Part shown: positions 1-12,443 of the stretch, in pieces | Layout of the letters: each line of letters opens with the position of its first letter | Position numbering within the stretch: position 1 is the stretch's first letter | Assembly (NCBI GenBank): GCA_964016885.1 | Contig: OZ024761.1 | Location: 15,686,001 to 15,750,000 of the forward strand | Length of the DNA stretch: 64,000 nucleotides | From: Eledone cirrhosa | Taxonomy: Eukaryota | Direction of reading: 5' to 3' | Made by a program: the position numbers and the translations under genes | Notes under the pieces: generated by a model | Database searches by the model: none | Told to the model about the DNA's origin: nothing | What the model saw: only the letters and a program-made list of their open reading frames with translations

Positions 1-911
1 TGGTCATCCAGGCTATGTTTTCGTTTACGACTGATATTTCTGGGATCAGCCAACAGCCCCTTATATGGGGTTTCCTCCAGCTGTTCTGACCTCTTAGAAG
101 ATGTCGCTGTTGTCACATTTCCTTGCACTAACCCTTCGAATTCTCTATCCCACTCATTCACAAGAGACTCTATGTGTAAACCTGATGACTGTGTAGACAA
201 GATATTTTTGAAGTCATCGATTAATTTCGAAACTGCCAGAATCTCGGGAGGTGCTGGTACTGTCATATTGTTGGGTGGGATCATCTCTACCTTCTTGCTC
301 TCCTGTGATGAACGACCTCCCTTCTGAGAAACGAAGAAAGGAGGTGACCGAGACGACAGCACACCTGTGGGTAGAGAGTCTGTGAGAGAGTTATCCAGAG
401 TAAACACGGTGTCTTTGGACCCTTTATCACAATTCACATCCTCCTCCGATAACGATTCCGATGAAATCTCAAAATAATCTTTCAGACGATTCTTATTTGA
501 TGACACACAACTGAATCGAAAACGAGAGCTGCTAATGTCACCATTGTGATCATTAAATTCCTCCTCCTCCTTCTTCTCCTTTCCCTTTTTCTTCTTCTTC
601 TTCTTCATTTCCATCGGCAACACCTCTTCCTCCTCCTTCTTGTTTTTACTCTTACCGACCAGTTTCTTTCTCTTCTCCTTCTCCTCCCCCTCCTCTGCAG
701 TTTTCACCGATCTGATGACATCACTGGCGCCATTTGTCTCCTTCACTGAAGACTCCATTGTTTTCTTGCTGACCAATTTCTCTCTAAGCTGGAAGTCAGT
801 GTCATTCAGATCTGGAAGCTCGCAATCATCATCATCATCACTGTTTGGTAACAAGAACATCTGGTTTCTTCCAGGTTCATTAACAGAACTACTTGGACCA
901 CTTGAGGTCGA
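1..911 (-). CDS. FANCM: FANCM exon 12, large disordered central region (continues beyond window)
   Basis: atttcag| acceptor at 912; frame open for >300 codons to the window edge (STSSGPSS...DDDDDCELPDL...KKKKKKKGKEKK...VNEWDREF). Confidence 0.85.
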
Positions 912-1237
912 CTGAAATGGAAATAAAGAAAGGTTTTCACAATATTGAATATTTTCTATCAATATAGAACATTTTTAAAGTAAACTTAACCCTTTAGTAT
1001 TTACATTACTCTATATTTACTATTGTATTTTCATGGTAAAGCCTTTATCTCACATAATATCGAATCTATGAGATTTTGATGTTATTTATTTTGAGAACAA
1101 TACCTTAACATCAGTATGAGTGGCTGGTTACAGCCAGTTTGAAGAGAAAGAGGTGAGAGCATTTAAACCAGCCATATCTGGCCAGAATTCTTTCACCAAT
1201 ACCACCACCACCAACAACAATAACAACACCAACTAAC

Positions 1238-1326
1238 CTGTAGGTAAGGGTCAGCAGTAGTTACAACAGGGGAGGTAAACAATGTTATATCTTCGTTAGT
1301 TTTCTTGGAAGTTTTCTTACGGGTCT
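1238..1326 (-). CDS. FANCM: FANCM exon 11 (short, low complexity)
   Basis: 89 nt, (K)TRKKTSKKTNEDITLFTSPVVTTADPYLQ; tacag| acceptor, CAG|GTTAG donor; bridges phase 1 to phase 0 exactly. Confidence 0.75.
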
Positions 1327-1354
1327 CTGTAATATACAACAACCCTGTTAGTAC

Positions 1355-1746
1355 CAGACTACCCCACCATCACCACCACCACCTCCACCACACTACCCCA
1401 CCGTCACCACCACTAACAACCACCACCACCTCCATCACACTACCCCACCACCATATCACCACACTAGCCCACCACCACCACTACCATACCACCAATAACA
1501 ACCACCACCATTACCACCACCACCACCACACCACTAATAACAACCGCCACCACCACCACCATTACCACCACCACCACACCACCAATAACAACCACCACCA
1601 CCTCCATCACACTACCCCACCACCATATCACCACACTAGCCCACCACCACCACCACCACACCACCAATAACAACCACCACCACCATTACCACCACCACTA
1701 CTACACCACCATTACCCCACCACCACCACCACCATCACCACCACCA
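1355..1746. repeat. (CAC)n-rich microsatellite
   Basis: Seen directly; fills FANCM intron 10. Confidence 0.92.
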
Positions 1747-1757
1747 AACATACTCAC

Positions 1758-1959
1758 TTGGTGATTTCTTCATTTTTTTCTGTTTGGAAGTGGGAACATT
1801 CTGGAAGGATTCTTTAATGGTGATGTAGGTTTTCAGACAGCGTGGTATGAGCCCTTGAGGAATGAGGTTGGTCTGGTCAGAGGAGAAGATCAGTTTACTG
1901 CAGCCCTTCATCAGGGAGTTATTGATACTGTTGCACTGGTATCGGGCCTGTTTGTACAT
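1758..1959 (-). CDS. FANCM: FANCM exon 10
   Basis: 202 nt, MYKQARYQCNSINNSL...NLIPQGLIPRCLKTYIT, resembling the post-helicase segment; A|GTGAGT donor. Confidence 0.88.
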
Positions 1960-2065
1960 CTGTACAGGTGTGGGGGGGGGGGAGAAAAAAGAGTAGATAT
2001 TCATCATCATCATCATCAATCATCATCATTTAATGTAAGCTTTCCCTGTTAAATGAGTCTACATC

Positions 2066-2330
2066 AGTGGTTCCTAACTTGTTGTGCACCATGTCACACC
2101 TCAACATCTAAAACATTATCTCCTTCTTTGACATGAAAACATCAATGATCAACTGCAAAGATACACAATAACATGTGTAGAGGAGATGAGACAGGAGTTT
2201 CTGACAGTAATGTGTACCAATGTTGTCTTGGTGTAAAAGTAATAAAGTAAAACCTGAAGTTCGTTCTCATTAATATGATTTTCAAATGGTCCCCTTTGTG
2301 GGGTGTGCACCCCACGTTGGGAATCATTGG
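2066..2330. mobile_element. hAT-like MITE (similar elements at ~48020-48332 and 61880-62085)
   Basis: Termini CAGTGGTTCCTAAC...GTTGGGAATCATTG. Confidence 0.55.
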
Positions 2331-3384
2331 TTTATATAGACCAAGTCAGTGCTGAAGCGGGGCTACTGACCTCCTAGATAGGCCAGGGACCTGTATCTCC
2401 AGGGACCAAATCCTGCCAAGATAAACTTTACCTTTCATCCTTATGGGGTTGATAAAGCACCAGTAATGCACTGGGGTAATTGCTGGCCTTGTGCCAAAAG
2501 TAGAAACAATTATTTAAATTATGTAAACATTTTTGGGTGTTTACATACAATTGAATTATGTCTCTGTAAATCATTTTATTTGCGGGAAAGGCTGTGTATT
2601 CTAATAAATATTGCCTGTACAGGTAATCAAAGTGTGTAATCATGTTTTAAGGGACACCCTGTATATATGTTATGATCATATATTATATATATATAGAGTA
2701 ACGGCCCTTGCCATTCTGAGTTCAAATCCCGCCGAGGTTAACTTTGCCTTTCATCCTTACGGGGTCAATAAAATAAAGTACCAGTAATACACTAGGTAAT
2801 TGCTGGCCTTGTGCCAAAAGTAGAAACAATTATATATATTATGACACGTGACTGGGATCTATGACGACACGCAGTAATACAGAAGACCCAACTTCTCACG
2901 AGCACAAGCTGAAGCATATGTACAGTATGTCCTACCCCGCCCCCCACAACAGCCAACATTGTAAAGTGGATGTGTAAAAGACACAGCAAAAAGCACCCAG
3001 CCCACACTGTCAATGTGGTTGGCGTTAGGAAGGGCATCCAGCCGTAGAAAACCATCCAGAAACACCTTTATATATGAGCGAGACACGGTCACCCGACACA
3101 ACTTGCCTCTAAATGGGACCCGTCTAACCCATGCTAGCGTGAAAAGCACCCAGCCCACACTGTCAATGTGGTTGGCATTAGGAAGGGCATCCAGCCGTAG
3201 AAAACCAGCCAGAAACACCCTTATATATGAGCGAGACATGGTCACCCGACACAACTTGCCTCTAAATGGGACCCGTCTAACCCATGCTAGCGTGGAAGAT
3301 GGACGTTAATCGATGATGATGATGATGATGATGATGATCAGAAAGATGATCAGAAATCAACATAAGAAATATTGAAGTCCTTAC

Positions 3385-3591
3385 TTGTTCTTCTTTGCCT
3401 TTCGTGATCAACATAATGACTTTCCCGTCACGCTTTCGTCCAGTTCTGCCCATCCTTTGGATAAACCGAACAGGGCTCTTACAGGTATCATAACATATAA
3501 TGAGGTCCACGTCACCAATATCTAATCCTTCTTCCCCTACACAGGTAGCAATCAATGTATTGTAACCACCTTCTCGAAACTCCCTCATCAC
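3385..3591 (-). CDS. FANCM: FANCM exon 9 (motifs V/VI)
   Basis: 207 nt, [31 protein letters not shown]...[12 protein letters not shown]; CAA|GTAAG donor. Confidence 0.97.
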
Positions 3592-3647
3592 CTGTAATAT
3601 AACAACATTGTAGAATACATTAATAACAGAATTATATATTTAAAATA

Positions 3648-3650
3648 TAA

Positions 3651-3696
<46 letters not shown>

Positions 3697-3719
3697 TGCA
3701 GCAACAACAACAACAGCAG

Positions 3720-3775
<56 letters not shown>

Positions 3776-3794
3776 TCATCAACAACAACAACAA

Positions 3795-3848
<54 letters not shown>

Positions 3849-3916
3849 TAGCAGCAGCAGCAGCAACAACAACAACAGCAGCAGCAACAACAACAAAAAC
3901 AGCAGCAACAACAGCA

Positions 3917-3951
<35 letters not shown>

Positions 3952-4022
3952 AACAGCAACAACAACAACAGCAGCAGCAACAACGGCAACAGCAACAGCA
4001 ACAACAACAACAACAAAAGCAA
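3648..4022. repeat. (CAG/CAA)n trinucleotide tract
   Basis: Seen directly; intronic. Confidence 0.95.
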
Positions 4023-4269
4023 CAATAATTGCTTCTACTTTTGGCACAAGGCCAGCAATTACCCCAGTGTATTACTGGTACTTTATTTTATTGACCCCGT
4101 AAGGATGAAAGGCAAAGTTAACCTCGGTGGGATTTGAGCTCAGAATGGCAAGGGGCCGTAACTCTATGCTGCAAAGCATGGTGTCTGACCCCTCTACCAA
4201 TACTGCCAATCCACCGCCCCTAACATCAACAGCAACATCAACAATAGCAACAACAACAACAACAACAGC

Positions 4270-5650
4270 TGATGGTGATGGTGGTGGCAGTGGTGGTGGT
4301 GGTGGTGGTGGTCATGACGATGATGATAACGGTGGTGGTTGTGATGATGAAGATGATGACGATGATAGTGATGGGCGTGATGGTAATCATCATGATGGCG
4401 ATGGTGGTGGTGGTGTGATGGTGGTGGTGTGATGGTGGTGGTGTGATGGTAGTGGTGTGATGGTAGTGGTGTGGTGGTGGTGGTGTGATGGTGGTGGTGT
4501 GATGGTAGTGGTGTGATGGTGGTGGTGTGATGGTAGTGGTGTGATGGTAGTGGTGTGGTGGTGGTGGTGTGATGGTGGTGGTGTGATGGTGGTGGTATGA
4601 TGGTAGTGGTGTGATGGTGGTGGTATGATGGTAGTGGTGTGATGGTGGTGGTGTGATGGTAGTGGTGTGATGGTGGTGGTGTGATGGTGGTGGTGTGATG
4701 GTGGTGGTGTGATGGTGGTGGTGTGATGGTGGTGGTGTGATGGTGGTGTGATGGTGGTGGTGGTGTGATGGTAGTGGTGTGATGGTGGTGGTGTGATGGT
4801 AGTGGTGTGATGGTGGTGGTGTGATGGTGGTGGTGTGATGGTAGTGGTGTGATGGTGGTGGTGTGATGGTAGTGGTATGATGGTGGTGGTGTGATGGTAG
4901 TGGTGTGATGGTGGTGGTGTGATGGTAGTGGTGTGATGGTGGTGGTATGATGGTAGTGGTGTGATGGTGGTGGTGTGATGGTAGTGGTGTGATGGTGGTG
5001 GTGTGATGGTGGTGGTGTGATGGTGGTGGTATGATGGTAGTGGTGTGATGGTGGTGGTGTGATGGTAGTGGTGTGATGGTGGTGGTGTGATGGTGGTGGT
5101 GTGATGGTAGTGGTGTGATGGTGGTGGTATGATGGTAGTGGTGTGATGGTGGTGGTATGATGGTAGTGGTGTGATGGTGGTGGTGTGATGGTAGTGGTGT
5201 GATGGTGGTGGTATGATGGTAGTGGTGTGATGGTGGTGGTGTGATGGTGGTGGTGTGATGGTAGTGGTGTGATGGTGGTGGTGTGATGGTGGTGGTGTGA
5301 TGGTAGTGGTGTGATGGTGGTGGTGTGATGGTGGTGGTATGATGGTAGTGGTGTGATGGTGGTGGTGTGATGGTAGTGGTGTGATGGTGGTGGTGTGATG
5401 GTGGTGGTGTGATGGTAGTGGTGTGATGGTGGTGGTGTGATGGTGGTGGTGTGATGGTAGTGGTGTGATGGTGGTGGTGTGATGGTAGTGGTATGATGGT
5501 GGTGGTAACACTGATGGTGGTGGTGGTGATGATGGGGGGGGGGGTAGTGGTGATCATGGTGATGGTGATGTTTATGGTGGTGGTGGTGATGATGATGGGG
5601 GGGTAGTGGTGGTGATGGTGATGTTTATGGTGGTGGTGGTGATGATGATG
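4270..5650. repeat. (TGATGGTGGTGGTG)n-type minisatellite and GGT microsatellite
   Basis: Seen directly; FANCM intron 8. Confidence 0.95.
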
Positions 5651-5658
5651 AGCCCTAC

Positions 5659-5828
5659 CTTAATCTGCTCCTTCTGTGTGAAGCCCTTGGTATTTTTACC
5701 AACAGACTGACCAATAAAACTCATGGCCTTAATTAGGGGTCGCTCCCGCTTCAACATCTCCACAATGTCAATGACACTGTTCCGGTACTGGGAGAAGATC
5801 ATTACACGTGTGTCAAGGGTCCCATTTT
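5659..5828 (-). CDS. FANCM: FANCM exon 8 (helicase C, motif IV)
   Basis: 170 nt, DTRVMIFSQYRNSV...FIGQSVGKNTKGFTQKEQIK; AAG|GTAGG donor. Confidence 0.94.
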
Positions 5829-5859
5829 CTGAGGGGACAGAAAGGGAGTGTGAAAGGGT

Positions 5860-6700
5860 GGGTTAGAGAGAGAGGGGGAGAGAGAGAGGGTTAGAAAGGA
5901 TGATAGTGTGTGTGAGAGGGAGAGGGTTAGTGAGGGTGACAGTAAGAGGGAGAGGGTTAGAGAGAGTGAGTGTGTGTAAGAGAGAGAGGGTTGATTAGAG
6001 AGAGTGCAGTGTGAGAGAGAGAGAGGGAGGGAGTGAGAGAGGGTGGATTAGAAAGAGACTGTGTGATAGAGAGAGGGAGGAGTAGGTTAGAGAGAGTGAC
6101 AGTGTGTAAGTGAGAGAGGGATGATTAGAGAGAGTGACAGTGTGTGAGAGAGGGATGATTAGAGAGAGTGACAGTGAGAGAGGGGGATGATTAGAGAGAG
6201 TGACAGTGAGAGAGGGGGGAGGGGGTTAGAAAAAGACTGTGATAGAGAGAGGGAGTAGGTTAGAGAGTGACAGTGTGTGAGAGAGGGATGATTAAAGAGA
6301 GTGACAGTGAGAGAGAGAGAGAGTGAGAGAGGGTGGATTAGAAAGAGACTGTGTGATAGAGAGAGGGAGTAGGTTAGAGAGAGTGACAGTGTGTAAGTAA
6401 GAGAGGGATGATTAGAGAGAGTGACAGTGTGAGAGAGAGAGAGAGAGAGAGGGTGGATTAGAAAGAGACTGTGTGATAGAGAGAGGGAGGAGTAGGTTAG
6501 AGAGAGTGACAGTGTGTGAAAGGAGAGCAATGATTAGAGAGGGTGACAGTAGAAGAGAAAGACAGAGACGGTGACAGTGTGTGAGAGAGAGAAAGCGAGA
6601 AGGAATGACAGGAAATGAGGGTTTAGAGAGGGTGGCAGTGTGTGAGTGATTAGAAAAGAGAGAGTAGTAGGGGATACAGAGAACAAGGAGCAGCAGTTAG
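5860..6700. repeat. GA-rich compound minisatellite
   Basis: Recurring GATTAGAGAGAGTGACAGTG units with higher-order duplication. Confidence 0.85.
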
Positions 6701-6800
6701 AGGGCAAGAGAGTCAGATAAAAACAACAACAAGCACAACAAAATACAAAAAAATAAAATAAAATAAAACAAAAAAAATCTAATTCTTGCAAATTTCATAC

Positions 6801-6919
6801 CTTTTTGGAAATTCTTAAAATGGTCCACCACAATTTGCTGAAGCTTCTCTAGCTTGGGGTGACCAATAGCATAGGGGAGACTTTGTTGTTGGGTTGACAT
6901 TTGCGTAAATGATATATTT
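6801..6919 (-). CDS. FANCM: FANCM exon 7
   Basis: 119 nt, ...GHPKLEKLQQIVVDHFKNFQK; phases match both neighbouring exons. Confidence 0.92.
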
Positions 6920-7040
6920 CTACAAAACGTGTGAGGGTGAGTGGGAGAGAGAGAGAGAAACAGAGAGATAAATAGATAAATATATAGAACAATATATACA
7001 ATATATTAATAAATGGAAACTATATTTATAAAACCATAAT

Positions 7041-7106
7041 TATTTTATTATATATATTTCAAGGGCAACCAAGGCAAATTTTGGTGCGCTTTCATCAGAT
7101 AAAATA
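7041..7106 (-). ncRNA. Minimal type-I hammerhead ribozyme motif, intact core
   Basis: UAUUUUAU-CUGAUGA-AAGCGCACCAA(AAUUUGCC)UUGGUUGCCCUU-GAAA-UAUAUA-UA-AUAAAAUA: 8-bp helix I, ~10-bp helix II, palindromic helix III, AUA site. Confidence 0.8.
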
Positions 7107-7328
7107 CAAAATTTGTTTTATAAATGTTGACATACCCGAGGAAAAACAACCTTAACGGCTGATGGTTCTTAGAACAATATATATATGTGTGTGTGTAATA
7201 TATATATATATATATATATATAATGAAGGAATTGTGGTAAGGAACCAGATGGACCATAACGCACCAGAGTACTCAATACTTAGGGTAGTAGAGTGGGTAA
7301 TAGGAAAAAGTATGGGGTCATACTTTTT

Positions 7329-7365
<37 letters not shown>

Positions 7366-7404
7366 ATAATAATAAATGTGAAGACTAAAATCCAAAGAGG
7401 GTCA

Positions 7405-7548
7405 ATAGCGGGTTTATCGAGGGAGATCGAAAGAACAAGTCATGAAGACAAACTGACCCAAGTTTGATAAATAAATCTTAAAAAATAAAACTACTGTGTG
7501 ATTTTTTCCTAGACAGTAATCTTGCGAACAAATATCGTCCGCACCCTG
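7405..7548 (+). mobile_element. Terminal fragment of the same Tc1/mariner family
   Basis: Reverse complement of 58802-58945, including the TIR. Confidence 0.85.
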
Positions 7549-7583
7549 AACAAACTTATATATACACATACATATATATACAC

Positions 7584-7646
<63 letters not shown>

Positions 7647-7977
7647 TCATCATCATCATTATCGTTTAACGTCCATCTTCCACTCTAGCATGGGTTAGAC
7701 GGTTTTGTTCCATTTGATGTGGGAATGGTCATGAAACTGTGTCTCACTCACATATATATATATATATATACATATATACATATCATCATCATCATCATCG
7801 TCATCATCGTTTAACGTCTATCTTTCATGCTAGCATGGGTTAGACAGGAATTGTCCCATTTGAGGCAAGATTGGTTGGGTGACCATGTCTTGCTTGTATA
7901 GGACTATCTGGCAGATTTTCTATGGCTGGATGCCCTTCCTAACACCAACCACATTTACAGTGTGGACCATATGTATG

Positions 7978-8030
<53 letters not shown>

Positions 8031-8031
8031 G

Positions 8032-8065
<34 letters not shown>

Positions 8066-8158
8066 ATTTATTTATTTATACACTCACACATTTAAAACAG
8101 AAACCAAGATGTGTCTAGCAGTGAAATATATAAATAGAAGACAAAGAGGATATCTTAC

Positions 8159-8370
8159 TGTTGACCATATTCTTTCTGAAGTTGTTCATATATCTCAACA
8201 AATGCTGGGTTCCTGAGGAGTTGGTGACCAGACCTGTTATTGCAGCCATCCACCATGTTAGCTAGATATTGGTAGAAGGACCTTAGACCATGAAGCTGTA
8301 GCAACTCATGGCCGTGGCACAGACTGATCAATAGACAGAAGTCTCCCTCAATGTTCTTCATTATGTTTGG
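8159..8370 (-). CDS. FANCM: FANCM exon 6 (insert domain)
   Basis: 212 nt, IEGDFCLLISLCHGHELLQLHGLRSFYQYL; CA|GTAAG donor. Confidence 0.92.
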
Positions 8371-8935
8371 CTGCAAACAAAGAAGATACAATGAAGATAG
8401 GATAACTTTCTTTTTTTTTTTTAATACCAGCCAGCCCACCTACCAACTTTGCCACTGGCCAGTCCACCTACCAATTTGCCCTCCCTCTACAATTTTTCAA
8501 CCCACCCCCTGTGTTATCATTCTGCCTATCCATCCACTTGTCTGTCCACTCTCCTACACACGTCCCCCACCTACCCACCCTCCGTATGTAGGTCCACCTA
8601 GACTTATATTCGAATATATATGGTAGATAGATAGGTAGACAGATAGGTAGACAGATAGGTAGGTGGGGGGGGGGACGTGTGTAGGAGAGTGGACAGACAA
8701 GTGGATGGATAGGCAGAATGATAACACAGGGGGTGGGTTGAAAAATTGTAGAGGGAGGGGAAAATTGGTAGGTGGACTGGCCAGTGGCAAAGTTGGTAGG
8801 TGGGCTGGCTGGTATTAAAAAAAAAGAAAGATAGATATAGATATATAGACAGAGAGACAGACAGATAGATTAATAAATGGACACATAGAAGATAGATATA
8901 TAGATATATAAACAGACAGATAAATAAATAAATAC

Positions 8936-9067
8936 CGCTAGGTTTTGAGGAGGTTTCTGCCTGAAGGTGTCTCGAGCTTTCAGTACACTATACTTGGTCA
9001 GGTTTTGACCGTTGACCTTATACAGTAACTTCCGACATACTAACCGGTTCATCACACACTCCACAAT
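8936..9067 (-). CDS. FANCM: FANCM exon 5 (insert domain)
   Basis: 132 nt, IVECVMNRLV...LTKYSVLKARDTFRQKPPQNLA; AG/GT boundaries. Confidence 0.9.
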
Positions 9068-9494
9068 CTGTAAAGACAAATAAAACAAACTAAAATTGAT
9101 ACTTTAGTGAGATGTCCGCCCTGTAAAGCGGTAGTGCTGGTGCCACGATACAAAGCACCCAATACACTCTGTAAAGTTGTAGTGTTGGTGCCACAATATA
9201 AAAAGCACCCAGTACACTCTGTAAAGTGGCAGTGCTGGTGCCACGATATAATACATCCAGTACACTCCGTAAAGTGGTAGTACTGGTGCTACGATAAGAA
9301 AGACCCGGTGCACTCTGTAAAGTCGTAGTACTGGTGCTACAATAAAATACACCCAGTACACTCTGTAAAGTGGTAGACAAAAAGCACCTAGTACACTTTG
9401 TCGGGTTGTAATATCAAGGTCCCCATAAAATGCTCCCATTCAACACTGTAAAATACTCTTCGACAAATTTTGATTTGCAACCTTGTAGAATATC

Positions 9495-10600
9495 ATCATT
9501 ATTTTACATTCGCTTTTTCCCTGCATGCAAGGGTGAGACCGGTCCTCTTCAGCACAGCATCTCTCCATTTGTCATGGTCCTTCGTCATCTCCTCTATGAG
9601 CTTCAGCGATCTCAGATCAGCTCTCACCTCCTCCACCCATGTTTTTCGTGGCCTTCCTTCCACCGGAATTACTTGGCACTTCTTCACCCAGCGATCATCT
9701 TCAATGCACATAACATGGCCATACCATCGCAGTCTTCTCTCCCACACACCACAACATATCCCACTTATACACAGTTTCACTCTCAACTCGTCCATGCTTG
9801 GTCATTCACGCACATTGACTTAGTACATCCATCGGAGCATGCTTGCTTCATTTCTCTCCAGCCTTCGCATATCCTCGGTAGTTGCTGCCCATGTCTCACT
9901 ACCATGCAGCCTCACGCAGCACACACAGGCATCATACAACCGATTTTTCGTTCTCAAGGAGAAACCCTTCATTGTCCACAGAGGAAGCAGCTCCCTAAAC
10001 TCCTTCCATCCTGCCCTTATTCTAGATACTATGGCCTCAGACCATCATCCTACCTTGCTAATTTGATCAGCTAGATATCGGAAGCTACCAACCACCTCTA
10101 TAGATCCTACCTGCATTTGAAAAATGTGCCTATCACTGATACTTCTATTAGATTTCCCCTGAACATCTACTACATACAAAGTTTTCATTTCCTGTTAGTT
10201 TGCCTTCTATCCCACATGTCTTGTGTACCCAAGATCTGCATTGTGTACATTCTATAGAGTTAATGCCAACTCTTTTTCTACATATCCAGCATGGCCATTT
10301 CCCTGATGGAGTCAAAGTCCTGTCCTTTTTCCTACTTATCAATACTTTAGTCTTTGCTAGATTCACTCTCAGTCCCCTTGATTCCAACTGCTGTTTCCAC
10401 AGTCAGAATTTATTCTCTAGCTCCTCTACTGAATCTGTTATAAGTACCAGAGCGTCAACAGAGAGAAATTGCCATGGGCAGCCAGTCTTAAACTCCTCTA
10501 ATATGGCTTAGAGAACTATAATGAATAAAAGTGGGCTGAGGATTGAACTCTGATGAACTCCTACTTGTATGTGGAATTCCTCACTTAACTCCAATATCTG
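9495..10600 (-). mobile_element. RTE-clade LINE, 5'-truncated, frameshifted
   Basis: ESRGLRVNLAKTKVL, GKWPC..C...C..C..WVHK cysteine motif, RLRWYGHVM, GRPRKTW; (ATG)-type tail. Confidence 0.9.
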
Positions 10601-10758
10601 CCAACATTTTCTCCTCCATCACCTTTAGCCATGAATAAACAATGACAACCACTCCATCACCTTTAGCTATGAATAAACAATGACCCCCCCCCCCCCCCCC
10701 CACCACCACCACCACCAAACGAAACCAAACAAGGAATTTAACAATTTCAGATCCAAAC

Positions 10759-10917
10759 CTCAACATATTTTTTCTCAAGAGCTTCCATCTCTGGGCTGAG
10801 AGATACAACAATCTTCTCTATTTTGCGTTCATTAGTGTAAACCTTCACATCAGGAGAGTCTTCCATTCTGATTTCTATGTGGGAGATCAATAAATTAGTC
10901 AATACCTCTTGGACTAA
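10759..10917 (-). CDS. FANCM: FANCM exon 4
   Basis: 159 nt, LVQEVLTNLLISHIEIRMEDSPDVKVYTNERKIEKIVV...YVE; AG/GT boundaries, phase 0. Confidence 0.92.
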
Positions 10918-11259
10918 CTGAAAATAGAAATATATAAAATATATATTGGCGTTAGGAAGGGCATCCAGCCATAGAAAACCAGCCGGTAACACCCCTATAT
11001 CAGCAAAACACGGTCACCCGACCCAACTTGCCTCTAAATGGGACCCATCTAACCCATGCTAGCATGGAAGATAGACATTAATCGATGATGATGATAAACC
11101 TCCCTTATACCTACGTCCCTAATTTCCCAAAGTGTCTTCCCCACCCCTCCCAAGTTTCCAACCTCCTCTATAAAGTGATGCCCCCTTGAGCCACAACAAA
11201 AGAGCTCAACCCACACTATAGTGGTCATGTAGGTGCCTTGACAATAGCGACCGTGCAGT

Positions 11260-11895
11260 CCACACTGTAAAGTCGTTGTGTAGGTGTCACGAGAAAAAGC
11301 ACACAGCCCACGCTGTAAAGTGATCGTGTAGGTGTCACGAGAAAAAGCACACAGCCCACGCTGTAAAGTGGTTATGTAGGTGTCACGACAAAAAGTACCC
11401 ATTCCACACTGTAAAGTGGTCGTGTAGGTGTCACGAGAAAAAGCACACAGCCCACGCTGTAAAGTGGTCGTGTAGGTGTCACGAGAAAAAGCACACAGCC
11501 CACGCTGTAAAGTGGTCGTGTAGGTGTCACGAGAAAAAGCACACAGCCCACGCTGTAAAGTGGTCGTGTAGGTGTCACGAGAAAAAGCACACAGCCCACG
11601 CTGTAAAGTGGTCGTGTAGGTGTCACGAGAAAAAGCACACAGCCCACGCTGTAAAGTGGTCGTGTAGGTGTCACGAGAAAAAGCACACAGCCCACACTGT
11701 AAAGTGGTCAGGTAGGTGTCACGAGAAAAAGCACACAGCCCACGCTGTAAAGTGGTCAGGTAGGTGTCACGAGAAAAAGCACACAGCCCACGCTGTAAAA
11801 TGGTCGTGTAGGTGTCACGAGAAAAAGCACACAGCCCACGCTGTAAAGTGGTCGTGTAAGCGACATGGCAAAAAGCACACAGCCCACGCTGTAAA
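11260..11895. repeat. 48-bp minisatellite, ~13 copies, derived from an internal SINE module
   Basis: Unit GTAGGTGTCACGAGAAAAAGCACACAGCCCACGCTGTAAAGTGGTCGT, running into the SINE 3' part. Confidence 0.92.
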
Positions 11896-12443
11896 TGTGG
11901 TTGGTGTTAGGAAGGGCATCCAGCTATAGAAACCAAGCCCAAATCAGTCTGTGAGAGCAAATTCACGGTCCCCTGACCTGATCCCTCACAAAAGAACAGC
12001 CCGTTCTACCCATGCTAGCGATGATGATGATGATGATGATATACGAGGGATGGCTGTAAAGTTCATAAGCTGACCAAGATACTCTCATGGAATGACTAAA
12101 TGAGGTTTATTTTTCAACATATAATCGTACAAAATCCTGTACCTTGGCTTTGAAACACTGGCCATCCACACAAATATGTTTACCAAGGAATTCTATCTAA
12201 AACTTGATGAAATTACCAAAAATATCCCCTTTTCATTGACTTCATGCAGAGTAACACCAGTGCATTTAGTCACATAACATGACAATGCATCTAACCCATG
12301 CAAGCATGGAAAATAGACATTAAATGTGATGATGATAATTATTATCATCATCATCATGGTGATGATGATGAGTAGATAAATAAATAAATAAACAAACTAA
12401 ACAACAAAACTTCAAAGAAAAAAAAATTCCTAATGTTACTGAC

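Noticed and set aside
546-915. Plus-strand ORFs here and at 17273-17638; minus-strand ORFs at 45230-46157
   Set aside because: Antisense shadows of the FANCM and B3GALT6 coding exons.
3588-5557. Poly-L, poly-A/V and His/Thr/Pro-rich ORFs up to 439 aa
   Set aside because: Simple repeats within FANCM intron 8; exon phases join correctly without them.
11260-11895. Regular 48-bp array resembling CRISPR
   Set aside because: No unique spacers, eukaryotic context, and the unit derives from a SINE.
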